From positions 98,270,001 to 98,334,000 of the forward strand of contig NC_043003.1 of the NCBI RefSeq assembly GCF_006345805.1: DNA of 64,000 bases. The letters are read 5' to 3'. The translations under genes and the position numbers were made by a program. Below, one piece after another: positions 27,437 to 41,700 of the stretch. This DNA is from Octopus sinensis (taxonomy: Eukaryota). Positions within the stretch are counted from its first letter, which is position 1; every line of letters begins with the position of its first letter. Below the pieces are notes generated by a model. That model searched no databases. It was not told the DNA's origin and was given only the letters and a program-made list of their open reading frames with translations.

Positions 27437-27840
27437 GGTGCAGGAGTGGCTGTGTGGTAAGTAGCTTGTTTACCAACCACATGGTTCCGGGTTCAGTCCC
27501 ACTGCGCGGCACCTTGGGCAAGTGTCTTCTACTATAGCCTCGGGCCGACCAAAGCTTTGAGTGGATTTGGTAGACGGAAACTGAAAGAAGCCCGTCGTAT
27601 ATATGTATATATGTATATGCGTGTGTGTGTTTGTGTGTATGTGTTTGTCCCCCTAGCATTGCTTAACAACCGATGCTGGTGTGTTTATGTCCCCGTTACT
27701 TAGCGGTTCGGCAAAAGAGACCGATAGAATAAGTACTGGGCTTACAAAAGAATAAGTCCCGGGGTCGAGTTGCTCGATTAAAGGCGGTGCTCCAGCATGG
27801 TCACAGTCAAATGACTGAAACAAGTAAAAGAGTAAAAGAG
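27437..27840 (+). mobile_element. SINE family 2, full length, copy-B-specific
   Basis: GGTGCAGGAGTGGCTGTGTGGTAAG...GTAAAAGAGTAAAAGAG inside (TA)n; copy A has only TA/TG repeats at 9135-9240. Confidence 0.92.
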
Positions 27841-30774
27841 TATATATATGTATAATTCTTATCATCAGTCGCCCTTAGACGAAACCGTTACATCTTCATA
27901 AGCAATATTGTTAGCTGGTTGTTGCAAGTCCTGGTTGAACGGTTTTTATTTTAGAGATTTCCTTAGATGAATTGTTTTCACAAAAACTGGTCACCAGCTT
28001 CTAATCTTGACTATACAGGGCGGTTTGGGTTCCTCCGCCCATCGATGGGTTTTCTTTTCTATACAGCAGGGTGTCCAAAAAAATCACCTTCCTTATCAAG
28101 CTTCTCTGAACAGGCTGATCTTATGCATTCTCGATTCAGACATTCCCAACTCATTCACTTTCCCTTTTCCTGTCACCCATATTGTGTGTGTTTAACCCAC
28201 AGACGTGTATTAACTAAAATGCCATCCCACCCGTCCCTCATAAGTTTTCAGCAGACATCAATTTGCAACTATTGAAACCGCCTCGTTCTTACCAGTTTTT
28301 GTAGTGTTGGGTATAGAAGAATCCTATATCGCTGTGCGTAGAAAGTAGAAGAACACACATCTGCTAATTGTCAGTGTAAACGTCTGATCTCTCTCCCTCT
28401 CTCCCCCTTTCTCTGTCATTCCCTCTCTCCTTTCTCTCCATTTCCTTACTCCTTACATGCGCATTGAAAGTCATTAACTGCTATGATACTATCACTATGT
28501 CTCTGCTTTTGGTGAAACGCTGACAGGTCATTTAGTTAGATGATTACTGTGTGGAAATCTATGTTGCAAGTTGAGCCTTTTATGTATGCATTTATAGTTT
28601 CTTATTTATGAAATAACAATAAAGAACATTCACTCTATTTATTCAATCCATTTAAATAACGTTTGCCACAAGTAAGTAACTATAAAGCTGTCAATTGATT
28701 TTCCACGGTTACCTAGCGATTTATTACTTGAATAGAAAGAGTGTGAAATAAGTTTTTGATTGCATATAGGCTATCTAAAAATACGAATTACAACTGTATG
28801 AATAAGGATTTAGGTGGGGATAATACAGATAATTACGCATGTATTGGTCTAAAGAAATAGAAACTAGCCATGAGATGATGAATATTTATGCAAGAGGGTA
28901 TCTAGTTTTTTTGCAGTGTCAGAAAATGTCAGGAGTGTATTTCTTTGATGCAAAGTAAAATGAGAATATAGATCTTTCTTTTAAAGTAATTCCAGTACTC
29001 GGAATGTATGGGTATTACTGTGTGGGAAGAAGCTTGCTTTTCAACCACATGATTTCGGGTTCAGTACCAATGCATGGCACCATGGGCAATTGTCTTCTAC
29101 TCGGCTCGACCAAAGTGAGTGGATTTGGCAGTATATGTATGTATATATATATGAATAGAATATATATAAAAGAAGTTAACACAAAAGTACTCAATCTCAC
29201 AAGTGTCTATTAGTAATGTTGTTTGTTCTTTCTCGAGCCTTGCCTGGCTCGTAAGGATCGGTTTTCCGGTTTCATTGGAGTATAGGCTCCCCACCTGGAC
29301 GGGACGTCGGTTCGTCGCAGGTGAGCTGGTAGATGCAGGATAAAAGAGTGCGACAAAATTGTGGCGAAAGAGTCAGCAGAAGTTCACTATTTAAAATGCA
29401 GAATTTAAAATGCAACAGAATTTTAAAATGGGTCATTCCAAAGGGTCATTAAATTCTGTTGGATTTTACTCATAAGGTATTGGAATCTTACACATATACC
29501 ATTCTGCCTAAAAAATGAATCTCCAACTTCAATATCCCTACATATCTCACATCTATTTTCTTTCCTCCACCTCACTCTCTATTTTGTATCCTATCTAAAT
29601 TAACTATTACTTAACCATCCTCTCCCACCGTCTCCAATGAAGGGATATAATTAATAAATATCCTGGAAACAGCTGTAAGACCTTCTATCTATAAATGTTC
29701 TAATATCTACACAGCCTTGTTATTTTTTATCTCACTACGCAAAAAATTCTTACACACACACACACATAATAATAAGAGTGAAAAATTGAATATTAATTTG
29801 ATTAATATCAATTTAAAACCAGTGGCCTAGCATATTGAAAAATCTGAAGATTACATATCGTGACGTATATTTGCCATTTAAATATGGCTAAACCCTAAGG
29901 GTGGATGCTACTGTAGTTTGTAGCCCCAGGAGGACACCTCCTCCAGCTGGCTATAGACACACTTTCTGTGCCCTATCAGTATTTGCAAAGGGAAACCATC
30001 TCTCCCGTCTCCAACTTATGATACACACGGACTCGAGTTTCTAGGTATTGACCCGTCATCGACGTGTAACAATCACAGTTGTCGATGAAAAGTAGGTTCC
30101 CTTCACAAATACATATACTTTTTCCAGTATCGTAAAGACATGATATCGAAAAGTGTAAACAAGTAATAATAAATCTTAGAGCGAGTTATAAACAGTAGCT
30201 ACAACACATCGTGACGTATATTTGCCATTTAAATATGGCTAACCCTTAAGGGTGGATGCTACTGTAGTTTGTGGCAAATATACGTCACGATGTGTTGTAG
30301 CTACAGTTTATAACTAGCTCTAAGATTTATTATATAATTACATACGTATAATTATAATTATATTATATACATATAATTATAATTATATGTAATATAATTT
30401 TTCTGAGTCATCAGATTTTTCAATATGCTAGGCCGCTGGTTTTAAATTTATATTAATCAAATTAATATTCAAGTTTTCACTCTTATTATTTAAATTTATA
30501 TATGTATATATATGATCAGACTCCAAAGAAAATGATTTTGGTGCGCGTGAGCGCGATTTGTATTATTTGATAAAATCGATAGATTACAATGAATGAACTT
30601 GTCGTAAGAAGTTGAAAATTTAACGTTTCGACAGAGTTCTTCTTCACCAAAAAGTTGAAAGGAGGGAAATTAATGAAGGACGGCTGAGTTTTATATCCTC
30701 AAAGTTAGAGAAACTCGTTGCAACGGATATGGAACATAGGACCATGGGAGCGTCGTACACGCACAGGACATGGT

Positions 30775-30832
<58 letters not shown>

Positions 30833-31055
30833 GAGGGAGAGAGAGAGAAACAACATGAGAGAAGTAGAAGGAGACTGAAATTGAAAGGAAGCGGGTGAAA
30901 TTGAGATTTAAGTGAAGGGAAAATATGAAGTGGGAGGGGAAGTTGAAGGTTACAAAAAGGGTTTCATACTAGGAGTTGAAAGAAAAATGTTCATACGGAT
31001 AGTCATATATATATACACATAGGCAGACCGGCACACACACATACACACGCACGCG

Positions 31056-31108
<53 letters not shown>

Positions 31109-31554
31109 AAGCACATATGTTTCTATGTTGTTGAAACAGTACTCAGAATCGTGAGAAAAAATTTCCCCTAAATCTAATCATTAGAAGTATTAGTTTTATC
31201 GTAGAAAACAAAAAAAAAATGTTGAATAGTGACAATAATAATAGTAACTGTTACTATTAATATGACCACTAATGAATCGACATTGTAGCTAACGCCACAA
31301 CCTGTATCACTTCCCCCCCCCACGACCTGTCTCCAGTTGCCACCCTCAGAGTCTCTCGAAATATCAACCACCTCCATATCTACAACGCTACTGAGGGCAA
31401 CTGGACACCACTCACACTTAATTGTACCACATACGCAAATAGCACATTTTACACATTCTATTTAGTAATTCCTTACTGACCACCATTAATGACGATTGCT
31501 TGGCTGTAGAGAATATATATATATAATGTATGTTTGCATGTATGTTTATGTATA

Positions 31555-31607
<53 letters not shown>

Positions 31608-31652
31608 TATATGTAATATATACATATATGTATACATATATATGTATGTATG

Positions 31653-31715
<63 letters not shown>

Positions 31716-32426
31716 CATGTATATATATACACATATATGTATGTCTATATATATATATACATATATATACATACACATTCACACACATATGTATATATAC
31801 ACACAGATATATATATATATATTTGTAAATATATATGCATACACATGTTTATATATATATATAAATACATATACACGTGTGCATTTATGCATATATATAC
31901 ATGTGTGTATGTATTATGTGTGTGTGTATGTGTGTTTGCGCGCGCGTTTGTGAATCTGTAGTAAACAAGTCCAGACATTACTGACCGGATGTTTCCGAAG
32001 AGGTTATTAAGTGCATGCACTGATGTTAGCTCTCAGACATCATCCACATAATCATTTCAGCTGTTGTTCTTTTAATAAGTTTACACTTGCGTTCTTTTGT
32101 CGGGGCTAGTCATTCCGTGACCTTGAGGTAGAGTAGATTTTTCGACGAGCATTATCATAAAATTGGCTTTTCCACACACTTTGTTATGAAAATTAAATAA
32201 TAGTAATGATCCTGTCTATTATAGGGTCAAGGTCTGAAGTTTTGGAAGGAGCGGATTTGTTGATTACATCAACATCAGTGCTCAACTGGTACTTAATTAT
32301 ATCGACCCCGAAGGAGGAAAAGCAAAGTTAGTCTAAGCAGCATTTGAACTCAGAACGTAGATGCAGAAGAAATGCCGCTAGGCGTTTTACCCGTCGTACT
32401 TACGATTCTTCTAGCTCGCCGCCTTC

Positions 32427-32478
<52 letters not shown>

Positions 32479-32484
32479 ATAATG

Positions 32485-32533
<49 letters not shown>

Positions 32534-32560
32534 TAATTATAATAATAATAATAATGATGA

Positions 32561-34080
32561 TAACATACAAATATTTAGGGATAAATGAAGGCTCTGGTAT
32601 TCAGCATGCAAGCATGAAAGAGAAAATCAGGAAGGAATGTTATAGGAGAGTTCGTGCAGTCCTGAAATCTGAACTAAATGCACGTAACAAGGTGTTAGCT
32701 ATAAATTCCTTAGCAGTTCCAGTTGTTACTTATAGCTACAATGTGTTGAACTGGAATATAAGTGAAGTAAAGAATATAGATAGAAAAATACGCAAGCTGC
32801 TGAGTTGTAATAGGATGCACCACCCAAAGGCAGACGTAGATCGCCTTTACCTTCCCAGAGCCCAAGGAGGTCGAGGCCTGATCCAATTTGAACTAGCTTA
32901 CAAAACAACCACAATTGGACTGGCCAAATATCTCGAATATCGAATGACTGGATGCTAAAGCTCGTGGAAAATCACGAGAGACGAAAGAAGCTTCATTCTA
33001 TCATAAAGGAAAGCAAAAAATTTGCTATTGATCTCGTGCAGGATACCCAAACTGAACAACCCGAGGAAGTACGGCAACTATTGTTGCAAAGAAGGTGAAA
33101 ATGATGGCAATGAAAAAAGCGCACGAGCAATTGGCTGATAGGTGGGAGGAGAAACCTCTGCACGGCAAATATGTGACCCGCAGCAAAAAAGCTGATGTTG
33201 ACCAGAAGCAAACCCATCAGTGGCTACGGAGCTCAGGGCTAAAAGCAGAGAGCGAAGGTTTCATTCTGGCTGCTCAAGATCAAAGCCTATTAACCCGGAA
33301 CTACCAGGCCAATGTGATGAAAAATGGAGCAGACCCAAAATGCCGATTCTGCAACGACATGATTGAAACAGTGGACCACCTACTCTCTGGATGTAAAGTC
33401 TTAGCACCAGTGGAGTATAAATTAAGACATGACAGAGTTGGCCAATATCTCCACTGGCTAATAAGTCGGCATTACAATATCAAAACTGCCGACAAGTGGT
33501 ATAATCACCACCCTGAGGCTGTAACTGAGAGAAAAAAATTAACCATTCTGTGGGACTTTCCAGTACATACAGACCGAACCATCAAGGCCAATAAACCAGA
33601 TATTGTTGTGAAAGACCAAAACAATAAAGTTTGCTTATTGATCGACATGAGCATCCCCTGTGATCATAATATCTCAGCGAAAGAGTTTGACAAGCTCAGA
33701 AAATATAAAGACCTACTCATTGAAATTGAGAAAAATGTGGCATCTCAAGGCGGTTACAATACCAGTGATCGTAGGAGCACTAGGAATGATCAAGAAGGGA
33801 ACCGAAAATTATATGAGAATGATCCCTGGCTTACCATCCCTGCAAGAAGTGCAAAAGATTGTCTTAACTGGTACATCACACGTATTGAGAAGAGCATTGT
33901 CGATGTGAGAACTGTTGCTGCTCATATATTTTAATTTAACTTTAAAAAGAAAAAAAAAATGAACGAACTACTGAGTTTGGTTTAATGGCCTACCAATGTA
34001 TACTATGAGTTTCTTTGCCCTATGAGTCGGGAAGACACTCGGCAAGAAATGGAAGCAAATTTGAAAGAAGAAAAAAAAAG
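32561..34080 (+). mobile_element. R4/Dong-like LINE, 5'-truncated (end of RT, CCHC, RLE, 3' UTR)
   Basis: YKYLG, GGRGL, AAQDQ, CRFCNDMIETVDHLLSGC, RHDRV, ILWDF, NKPDIVV, LIDMSIP; two frameshifts; (TAA)n on both sides. Confidence 0.93.
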
Positions 34081-34300
34081 TAATAATAATGATGATAATA
34101 ATAATAACAATAATAATAATAATAATAGTGTTTTCAAATTCTACCACTAGGGCAGCAATTTTGAGGGAGGGGATGGTACTTAAAGGATAAAAGGCAAAGT
34201 CGACCTCGGTGAAATTTGAACTCAGAACGTGAGGTTGGGTGAAATGCCGCAGAGCATTTTACCCGGCGTGCTAACGATTCTGCCAGCACGCTGTCGTTTC

Positions 34301-34334
<34 letters not shown>

Positions 34335-34344
34335 TAATAAAAAA

Positions 34345-34377
<33 letters not shown>

Positions 34378-34984
34378 TAATAATAATGATGATGATGATG
34401 ATGATGATGATAGATAGATGCTCTGACGCAGTGCTAGGGAGTGAATTTCATGGCTTTTGATATTAACTGATTGGAAGTGCTATCATGTACATGTTTTCTT
34501 TTGGTATAAAAGATGGGCTACAGCAAATATTCTGTTCAATACTACATTCTGTTAATTGCATGACCGTAACCAGCTGCGCATTTCCCTTAGTGACTGATGA
34601 TATGTGCATCTCTGATCACGAGTAGAAGTAGCGGGGGAGCATCATAACCATGTGTTGAGATCTATTCCTTGGAGTTTGAATAATTCACCTCTGGAAACAG
34701 GGATGTTTCGTTCATTACCCTTAAACAACCTTTATTCAGGGAACGTTTTGAGCAAGAAGGGCTACTCGATCTGAAGAAAATTTTAACTCAGCCCCCACCT
34801 GGAAGGTCATGAGCTGTTTATTTTGATGAGATCACCATGTCGCGCACATATGGTTGTGATGCACGTGTCTGGTGTACTCTTATCAGATAGGTGGTGTTGA
34901 TGGGTTTATTGGGCTTGGTATATTTGTACCCCAGTGTCAATTTGATGACATGCACTGCTCTCTCACAATAATAATAAAATAATA

Positions 34985-35030
<46 letters not shown>

Positions 35031-35044
35031 CATAATAATATTTT

Positions 35045-36597
35045 TAAAGGATTGACGTAACTCTTCACGAAGTTAAATGGACAACAGAAAGAGCGCGATG
35101 CGATTGCATTAGATATTTTATTGATTGAACGATATTTCGACAGCTAGCCTGTCTTTGTCGAGTTTAAAATGACAAGTGAGAAAAATACAAAATTATAGAA
35201 ATTCAATTCCAAAATATGAACGAGAGCAACCAGTATCCCCCACGTTGATGGAATGACATCATCAGTCTTAAAATTTCAAGCTTACAACTGGCTAAAAGAA
35301 AAGAAAGACAAAAGGGAAAAAATAAAAGGAAATAAAAAAGAAAAGAAAAAAGAAGAATATTTAATCAAACAGTTTTGTGTAAATGTGATGAAATTCACCT
35401 GTCGTTTTATTCATTCCTCCATGGCATGATATTAATAACCCGCAATCACATTTCTCCTCATGCATTTTGAGTACTGAAAGTGTAGCAGATTCAGAATATT
35501 TTCTGAGAATATGCACTTTCAAATCCTTTTCCAAATTGTAGCCGTTTGATGTAAAATGTTCGGCAAGTTCTGTCGAACTACTGTTATTGTGACAGGCGTC
35601 ATATCTGTGCCCATTGAATCTTTTGTCTTATTGTTCTGCTGTACAGCCAACCAAAATCAAGTTGCATATCGTGTATTTTGCTGCTTACACCAAATGGGAA
35701 TTTTTGCACGTCTCACCTTCCGTGTAAATTCCTGTTTTGATTCCTGATGGAATTCTCTTGACTCATGTTGTTGCACAAAGAATAGAACTTGTCTCTCTTG
35801 TGGTTGTTTTTCAATGTACAGCATGGAGAAACTTCAATGTTAGTTTTTTGGAGTCAGAAGTAGAGGTTAGTAGTTCTCTTATATTTTAATTCCATCTAAA
35901 GGCTACAATAGGCGGCTGAAGAAATATTTGTTTGAAACGAGGATATTTTTCCGCAACATGTGGGTAACTTTCATGTAACAGCGAAATTTCGGTGCTAGTT
36001 AGTTACTTAATGAATTCTGTCACATATTGTACTATGTTTGCTAAAATTAAGCGTGAAAGTTTGACTTTCTTTGCTAATCTTAGCTATGTCATTTACTATT
36101 TCCTTTAATCGTGATTCACTGTAACCGCGTTTGACATAAGGATGTACAAGAGCATTTAGGTGCTTCCAGTAATTCCCTGTTTCAGTACGAATCCGTTTTA
36201 TCCTCAAAAATTGAGATTTCGGATTTGATCGAATTATATGATGTGGATGATGGGAGCGGCGGTGGAGACAGATATTGGATGACGTGGGCTTGCAAAATAA
36301 ATCTGTCATTATTCCACTACCAGAAAACTTAAGTTTTGCGTCCAAAAATTCCACGGGTTTTGAAAAACTAGTCAATAATTTTATGTTGGACTTAAAGCCA
36401 TAATTTTTAGCATAACCGTCACAGAAATGCAAGAAGTCAATTAAACTATCCTGTGATCCTTCCCAGACAAAAAGTACGTCATCAACGAACCGTAACCAAA
36501 ATATTGGTTCACGATCATGTAGGGACTTGAATGTTTTCAGTAACTGTGTCTCGAATTTCGTCATGAAGACATTAGCGAAATTAACTGCCATGGGGTT
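35045..36597 (-). mobile_element. Penelope-like element, 5'-truncated: RT + GIY-YIG endonuclease + 3' repeat, degraded
   Basis: ORF 36007-36591 PMAVNFANVFM..WLRFVDDVL..VEFLD..KPT..SHHP; downstream TCKNSHLV*AAKYTICNLILVGCT..KRFNGHRYD (~35595-35725); degenerate hammerhead-like stem at ~35125-35168. Confidence 0.85.
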
Positions 36598-37919
36598 AAT
36601 TTCGCTTTTTTTTCTTTTATTTTATCAATTTCGAAACGATGAAAAGCCGCGTTGACCTCAGCGGGATTTGAATTCAGAGCGTAGAGAGTCCAAGCAAATA
36701 CAACCTGGCATATCCTGTCCGATGCTCTAACAAAAAGACTTCTCTCTTTCCACCATTATATTCCATTTGGAGTGATAGGAATTAATGAGATACCTTTATG
36801 TAGTCATTCGAGCAGCTTCAACAACAGTAAAATCTCCCTCATATTACACCCTACTGTCCTTAAAAAGGAGACATTAAATGACGCAAGCTGACTCTATCCT
36901 GAAATGGCAGGGTGGCCACAATTGGAATGCATTTTATCAAATGGTCATTCGGTCAGAAATTAAATAAATAAAATTTCTGGAAAATGACAGCAAGAAAATG
37001 ATCGGATCTAAGATTTGTCTCAATCATCCCACCCGGTTCACATTATTCGACACTGCAATTTCTCGCAGATTCCAGCTAATCTCACTTCACCTGAAGAATC
37101 CCAAGCAATTTAACTAGCTTATCCCGCAAGCCTCATCTTGTTTCATCTAGTTTACATATGCACGTCATCTTCTGTACGTATTTGACCAGTTTGGAAAATA
37201 TCACTTGCACGTTTTATCATCTGCAAGAGTGGATGCCATATTCTTATCTCCAATTAAAGGAAAATGTCTTTCAAAATTATCACTAAACTCCTGTGCCAAG
37301 TACAAAGGCAATTCGAGTGGAGATGCTTGGAGGGAAGGTTGTCCGATTCCAAAATTAATGCAAAAAAAAAAAGAAAAAGAAAAGATAAAATGAAGTCTAT
37401 CATATGAAGACTATCTTGAAATAGTCTGATCGGAGGAAAGATGGTACCAGAGAACGTTGATTTGCTCGTTTGAATGCTTTCGATCAATCCTAAATGATCT
37501 AATCCTAAACTCGAACTAAACTAATTAACTGTGTGAAAAGACAATGAGTAAATCTGGCTATGTACCTCACCAGATAAAGGTTGCTGTTGATGGTTAAACT
37601 TAGGTCAACCTTCACCGGACTAATACTTCATCAAAAGTGCTCCAGCTACGACCTTTCAATCTTGTTTTAGGCATTATGTATAATCCTGTTTATATTGCGG
37701 AATGTGTTATTATTTTAAAGATGCTAGGGGTATAACTTGAAGGAGATTTGGCTGTCATTTACACCAGTAGAAGCAACCATTTAGAGTTATCTATTGGTTA
37801 GTGTAATGGAGATTGTCCCGGATGGAATCGTCCAAAATTGCAATGTCAATGAATTCAAACTCCAATCTTTTTAAAGTAGCTTTGCTCAAATCTGTAATTT
37901 ATTTTCCTTTATATATATA

Positions 37920-38613
37920 TATTTCTTTATTGCCCACAAGGGGCTAAACATAGAGGGAACAAACAAGGACAGTCAAAGGGATTAAGTCGGTTACATCGAC
38001 CCCAGTGCGTAACTGGTACTTTATTTATCGACCCCGAAAGGATGAAAGGCAAAGTCGACCTAGGCGGAATTTGAACTCACAACGTAACGGCAGACGAAAT
38101 ATGGCTACGCATTTCGCCCGGCGCCCTAACGTTTCTGCCAGCTCGTCGCCTTAAAGGCACAGAAATATTCTTTTTTACTTTAGGCGCAAGACCCGAAAGT
38201 TTTGAACTCAGAACGTAACGGCAGGCGAAATACCTATTTCTTTACTACCCACAAGGGGCTAAACATAGAGGGGACAAACAAGAACAATCAACCGGATTAA
38301 GTCGATTACATCGACCCCAGTGTGTAACTGGTACTTATTTAATCGAATTTGAATTCAGAACGTAGCGGCAGACGAAATACCTATTTCTTTACTGCCCACA
38401 AGGGGCTAAACACAGAGAGGATAAACAAGGACAGACAAACGGATTAAGTCGATTACATCGACCCCAGTGCGTAACTGGTACTTATTTAATCGAGCCCGAA
38501 AGGATGAAAGGCAAAGTCGACCTCGGCGGAATTTGAACTCAGAACGTAACGACAGACAAAATACGGCTACGCATTTCGCCCGGCGTGCTAACGTTTCTGC
38601 CAGCTCGCCGCCT
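37920..38613 (-). mobile_element. SINE family 1 tandem multimer (about four units)
   Basis: Repeated TTTCTTTA.T.CCCACAAGGGGCTAAACA.AGAG at ~37922, 38237 and 38384, plus two 5' heads. Confidence 0.87.
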
Positions 38614-38687
38614 TTATTTTCCTTTATATATAGTTATGATAAACACGAACATGCACTGAAATTTTATTTATTTTTTTTTAGAAATCT

Positions 38688-38892
38688 TTTATCTTTTACT
38701 TGTTTCAGTCATTAGACTGCGGCCATGCTGGGGCACCGCCTTGAGAAATCTTAGTCGACACCAGCACTCAATTTAAAAAAAAAAACTGCTACTTATTTTG
38801 TCAGTATCTTTTGTCGAGCCGCTAGATTACGGGGACGTTAACACACCAGCATCGGTTGTCAAGCAGTGGGGATGGGAGACACACACACGCAC

Positions 38893-38944
<52 letters not shown>

Positions 38945-39090
38945 TTGGTTTCTTTTACGTTTCCGTCTACCAAATCCACCCACAAGGCTTTGGTCGGCCC
39001 GAGGATATAATAGAAGACACTTGCCGAGGGTGCCACGCAGTGGGACTGAACTCGGAATCATGTGGTTGAGAAGCAAAATTCTTACTGCAC
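38688..39090 (-). mobile_element. SINE family 2, diverged
   Basis: CTTTTACTTGTTTCAGTCATTAGACTGCGGCC..GTGCCACGCAGTGGGACTGAAC. Confidence 0.85.
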
Positions 39091-39698
39091 AACATCCCCA
39101 CTTCTACTATCATCATCAACCTAGTACTCTCTCTTGGGTTCTGCCGCTGAGCTTTCGCGAGGATCAGTCAGCGCTAATGTCTAAAGTATTTAACCGTGTC
39201 TCTATATTCTGAGTTAAAATCCTCCACATGGCAACTTTATTAGTTGCTATCGTGCTATGTTGATAAATTAAGAACTAGTAAATTATCAGCTCAAATTACT
39301 TTCGACTTGATTCGTCATCCTTTAGTGGCCGATTAATCAAGTTGGGGAGGATCTTGCTCCAAAAACTGGGTGGGGGGACAACTCCCCACAATATAAATTG
39401 CCATTGTTGTTTGTTGACATTATAGTCTGGTATAACTGTTCGAGCGTTTGATATTTGATCCTGCTCTTTAAGTTCTGAAATAAAACACACCATGATCAAC
39501 TTTGCCTTTCATACTACCGGGGATGATAAAATAAACTATTAAGTAATAGGTGAGTTGATTTAATCGACTATACCTCGTTAAATGCCCCCTCAAAATGAAA
39601 AGAAAATTTTGACTCTTTGGTAATCGATTTACTCCACCATTCCCCGAGATTGCTGGCCTTGTGCCAAAATTTGAAACCGTTATTATTATAATCATCAA

Positions 39699-40490
39699 TA
39701 AGGCGGCGAGCTGGCAGAACCGTTAGAACGCCGGGCGAAATGCTTAGCAGTATTTCGTCTGCCGCTACGTTTTCAGTTCAAATTCCTCGGACGTAGACTT
39801 TGCCTTTCATCCTTTCGGGGTCGATAAATGAAGTAGCGGTGAAACACGGGGATCGATGTAATCTGCACGTTGATTTCAGGCCTTGTGCATTTCGTAGAAA
39901 GGACTATTATTATAAGCATTAACAAGGCGGCGAGCCGACAGAGTCGTTACCACGCCTGGCAAAATACTTAGTGTCTAAAGTATTTAACCGTGTCTCTATA
40001 TCCTGAGTTCAAATCCTGCACATTGCAAATTTATTAGTTGTAATCGTGCCATGTTGATAAATTAAGAACTAGTAAATTATCAGTTCAAATTGTTTTCGAC
40101 TTGATTTCGCGGCATTTCATTTGGCTTTAACTTCAGAGTTCAAATGACACCAAGGGCGATTTTTGCCTTTCATCTTGTCGGGGTCGATAAAATAAGTACT
40201 AGTTGTGTACTCGGATCGATATTATCGGCCTACCATCTTCCTCGAACTTGCTGGCCCTGTGCCAGCATTTGAAACTATTATAATTGATGGTCATCAATAA
40301 GGCGGCGAGCTTGGCAGAATCGTCAGCACGCCGGAAAAAAAAATGCTTGACGGCATTTCGTCCGTTCTTTACATTCGAAGTTCATACTCCACCGAGGTCA
40401 ACGTCACCTTTCATTCTTTGGGAATCGATAAATTAAGTAGGATCCGTGTTACTCAAACCCCCAGAATTTCATGCTTTGTGCCAATAATAA
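39699..40490 (+). mobile_element. Cluster of three head-to-tail diverged SINE family 1 copies
   Basis: AAGGCGGCGAG heads at ~39700, 39923 and 40299. Confidence 0.8.
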
Positions 40491-40914
40491 AAATTATGAC
40501 GATCTAAAATCAGTCACCTTCCCGTCTCCTCTCTTAACATCACCAGCCTTTATGATTTTCACAATCAGTGCAATCCCCATCGTCATCGTCGTCGTTGTCC
40601 TCATCTTTATCAAAGTTTGTCTTTGTCGTCGTCATCACCATCAACCTTTCTTCCTCCCCAACATTATCATGATTATCGAGGCGGTGGTGTTGGTGGTTGT
40701 CTTCATTTTCCTATGCCTTTATTAAAATTAACCCCATTAACACTTCTTTCTCTTTTCCTTCAACCTCACAACTACCGCCGCCATCGCCGCCGCTGCCGCT
40801 GCCGCCGTCGTCGTCGTAATCATCTAGAACAGAAGCAGAGAAAACAACAAACTATTGCTTTCGCCCACCTCCTCCTTAAGCCTTCTGTGCACGTGTGGGG
40901 TGGGAAGGGAGGGG

Positions 40915-41700
40915 ATGGTGAGAAGGTTATCACTAACGAGGAAAAGAAGATGGAGGAGGAGAAAAATAGAAAAAGAAGAAAAGTACAAAGTAGAAGAAGA
41001 AAGAGAAGAGGAGGTAGAAGTAGAAGTAGTGGTAGTAGTAGTAGTAGAAGAAGAAGAAGAAGAAAGCAAAAGAAGAGGAATAAGAAGAAGAAGAAGCAAA
41101 AGAAGAGGAATAAGAAAAAAGAAGAAAAGTAAGGAGCAAGAGGAGAAATAGAAGAAGCAGAAGCAAAAGAAGAAGAGAGCAGGAGCAAAAGAAGGAGAAG
41201 AAGAAGAAGAAGAAGAAGAAGAAGAAGAATAATAAGAAGAAGAAGAAGAAGAAGGAAAAGAAGGAGAAGAAGAAGAATAGAAAGAATAAGAAGAAGAAGA
41301 GAAGAAGAAGAAGAAGAGAGAATAAGAAGAAAAGTAGAAAGTAAGATAAGAGGAAAAGGAAGAAGGAAGAAAGGAGAAGAAGAAGAAGAAAGCAAAAGAA
41401 GAGAAGAGAAGAAGAAGGAAAAGAAGACAAAGAAGAAGAAGAAGAGGAAGAAGAAGGAGAAGGGAAGAAAGATAGGAAGAAAGGAGAAGAAGAGAGAGAA
41501 GACAAAGAGAAGAAGGAGAAGAAGAAGAAGAAGAAGAAGGAAAAGAAGACAAAGAAGAAGAAGAAGAAGAGGAGAGAAGAGAAGAGAAGAAGGAAGAAAG
41601 AAGAAGAAGAAGAGGAAGGGAGAGGAAGAAGAGAGAGAAGAAAGAGGAGAAGAAAGAAGGAAGAGAGAAAGAAGAAATACGATGACAAGAAAAAAAAAGC
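40915..41700. repeat. Long GAA-rich polypurine/polypyrimidine tract
   Basis: About 800 bp of degenerate (GAA)n, almost entirely purine on the + strand. Confidence 0.95.

Noticed and set aside
37080-37350. Possible minus-strand exon (GIGQPSLQASPLELPLYLAQEF..)
   Set aside because: Interrupted by stops, no clear splice acceptor and no recognisable homology.
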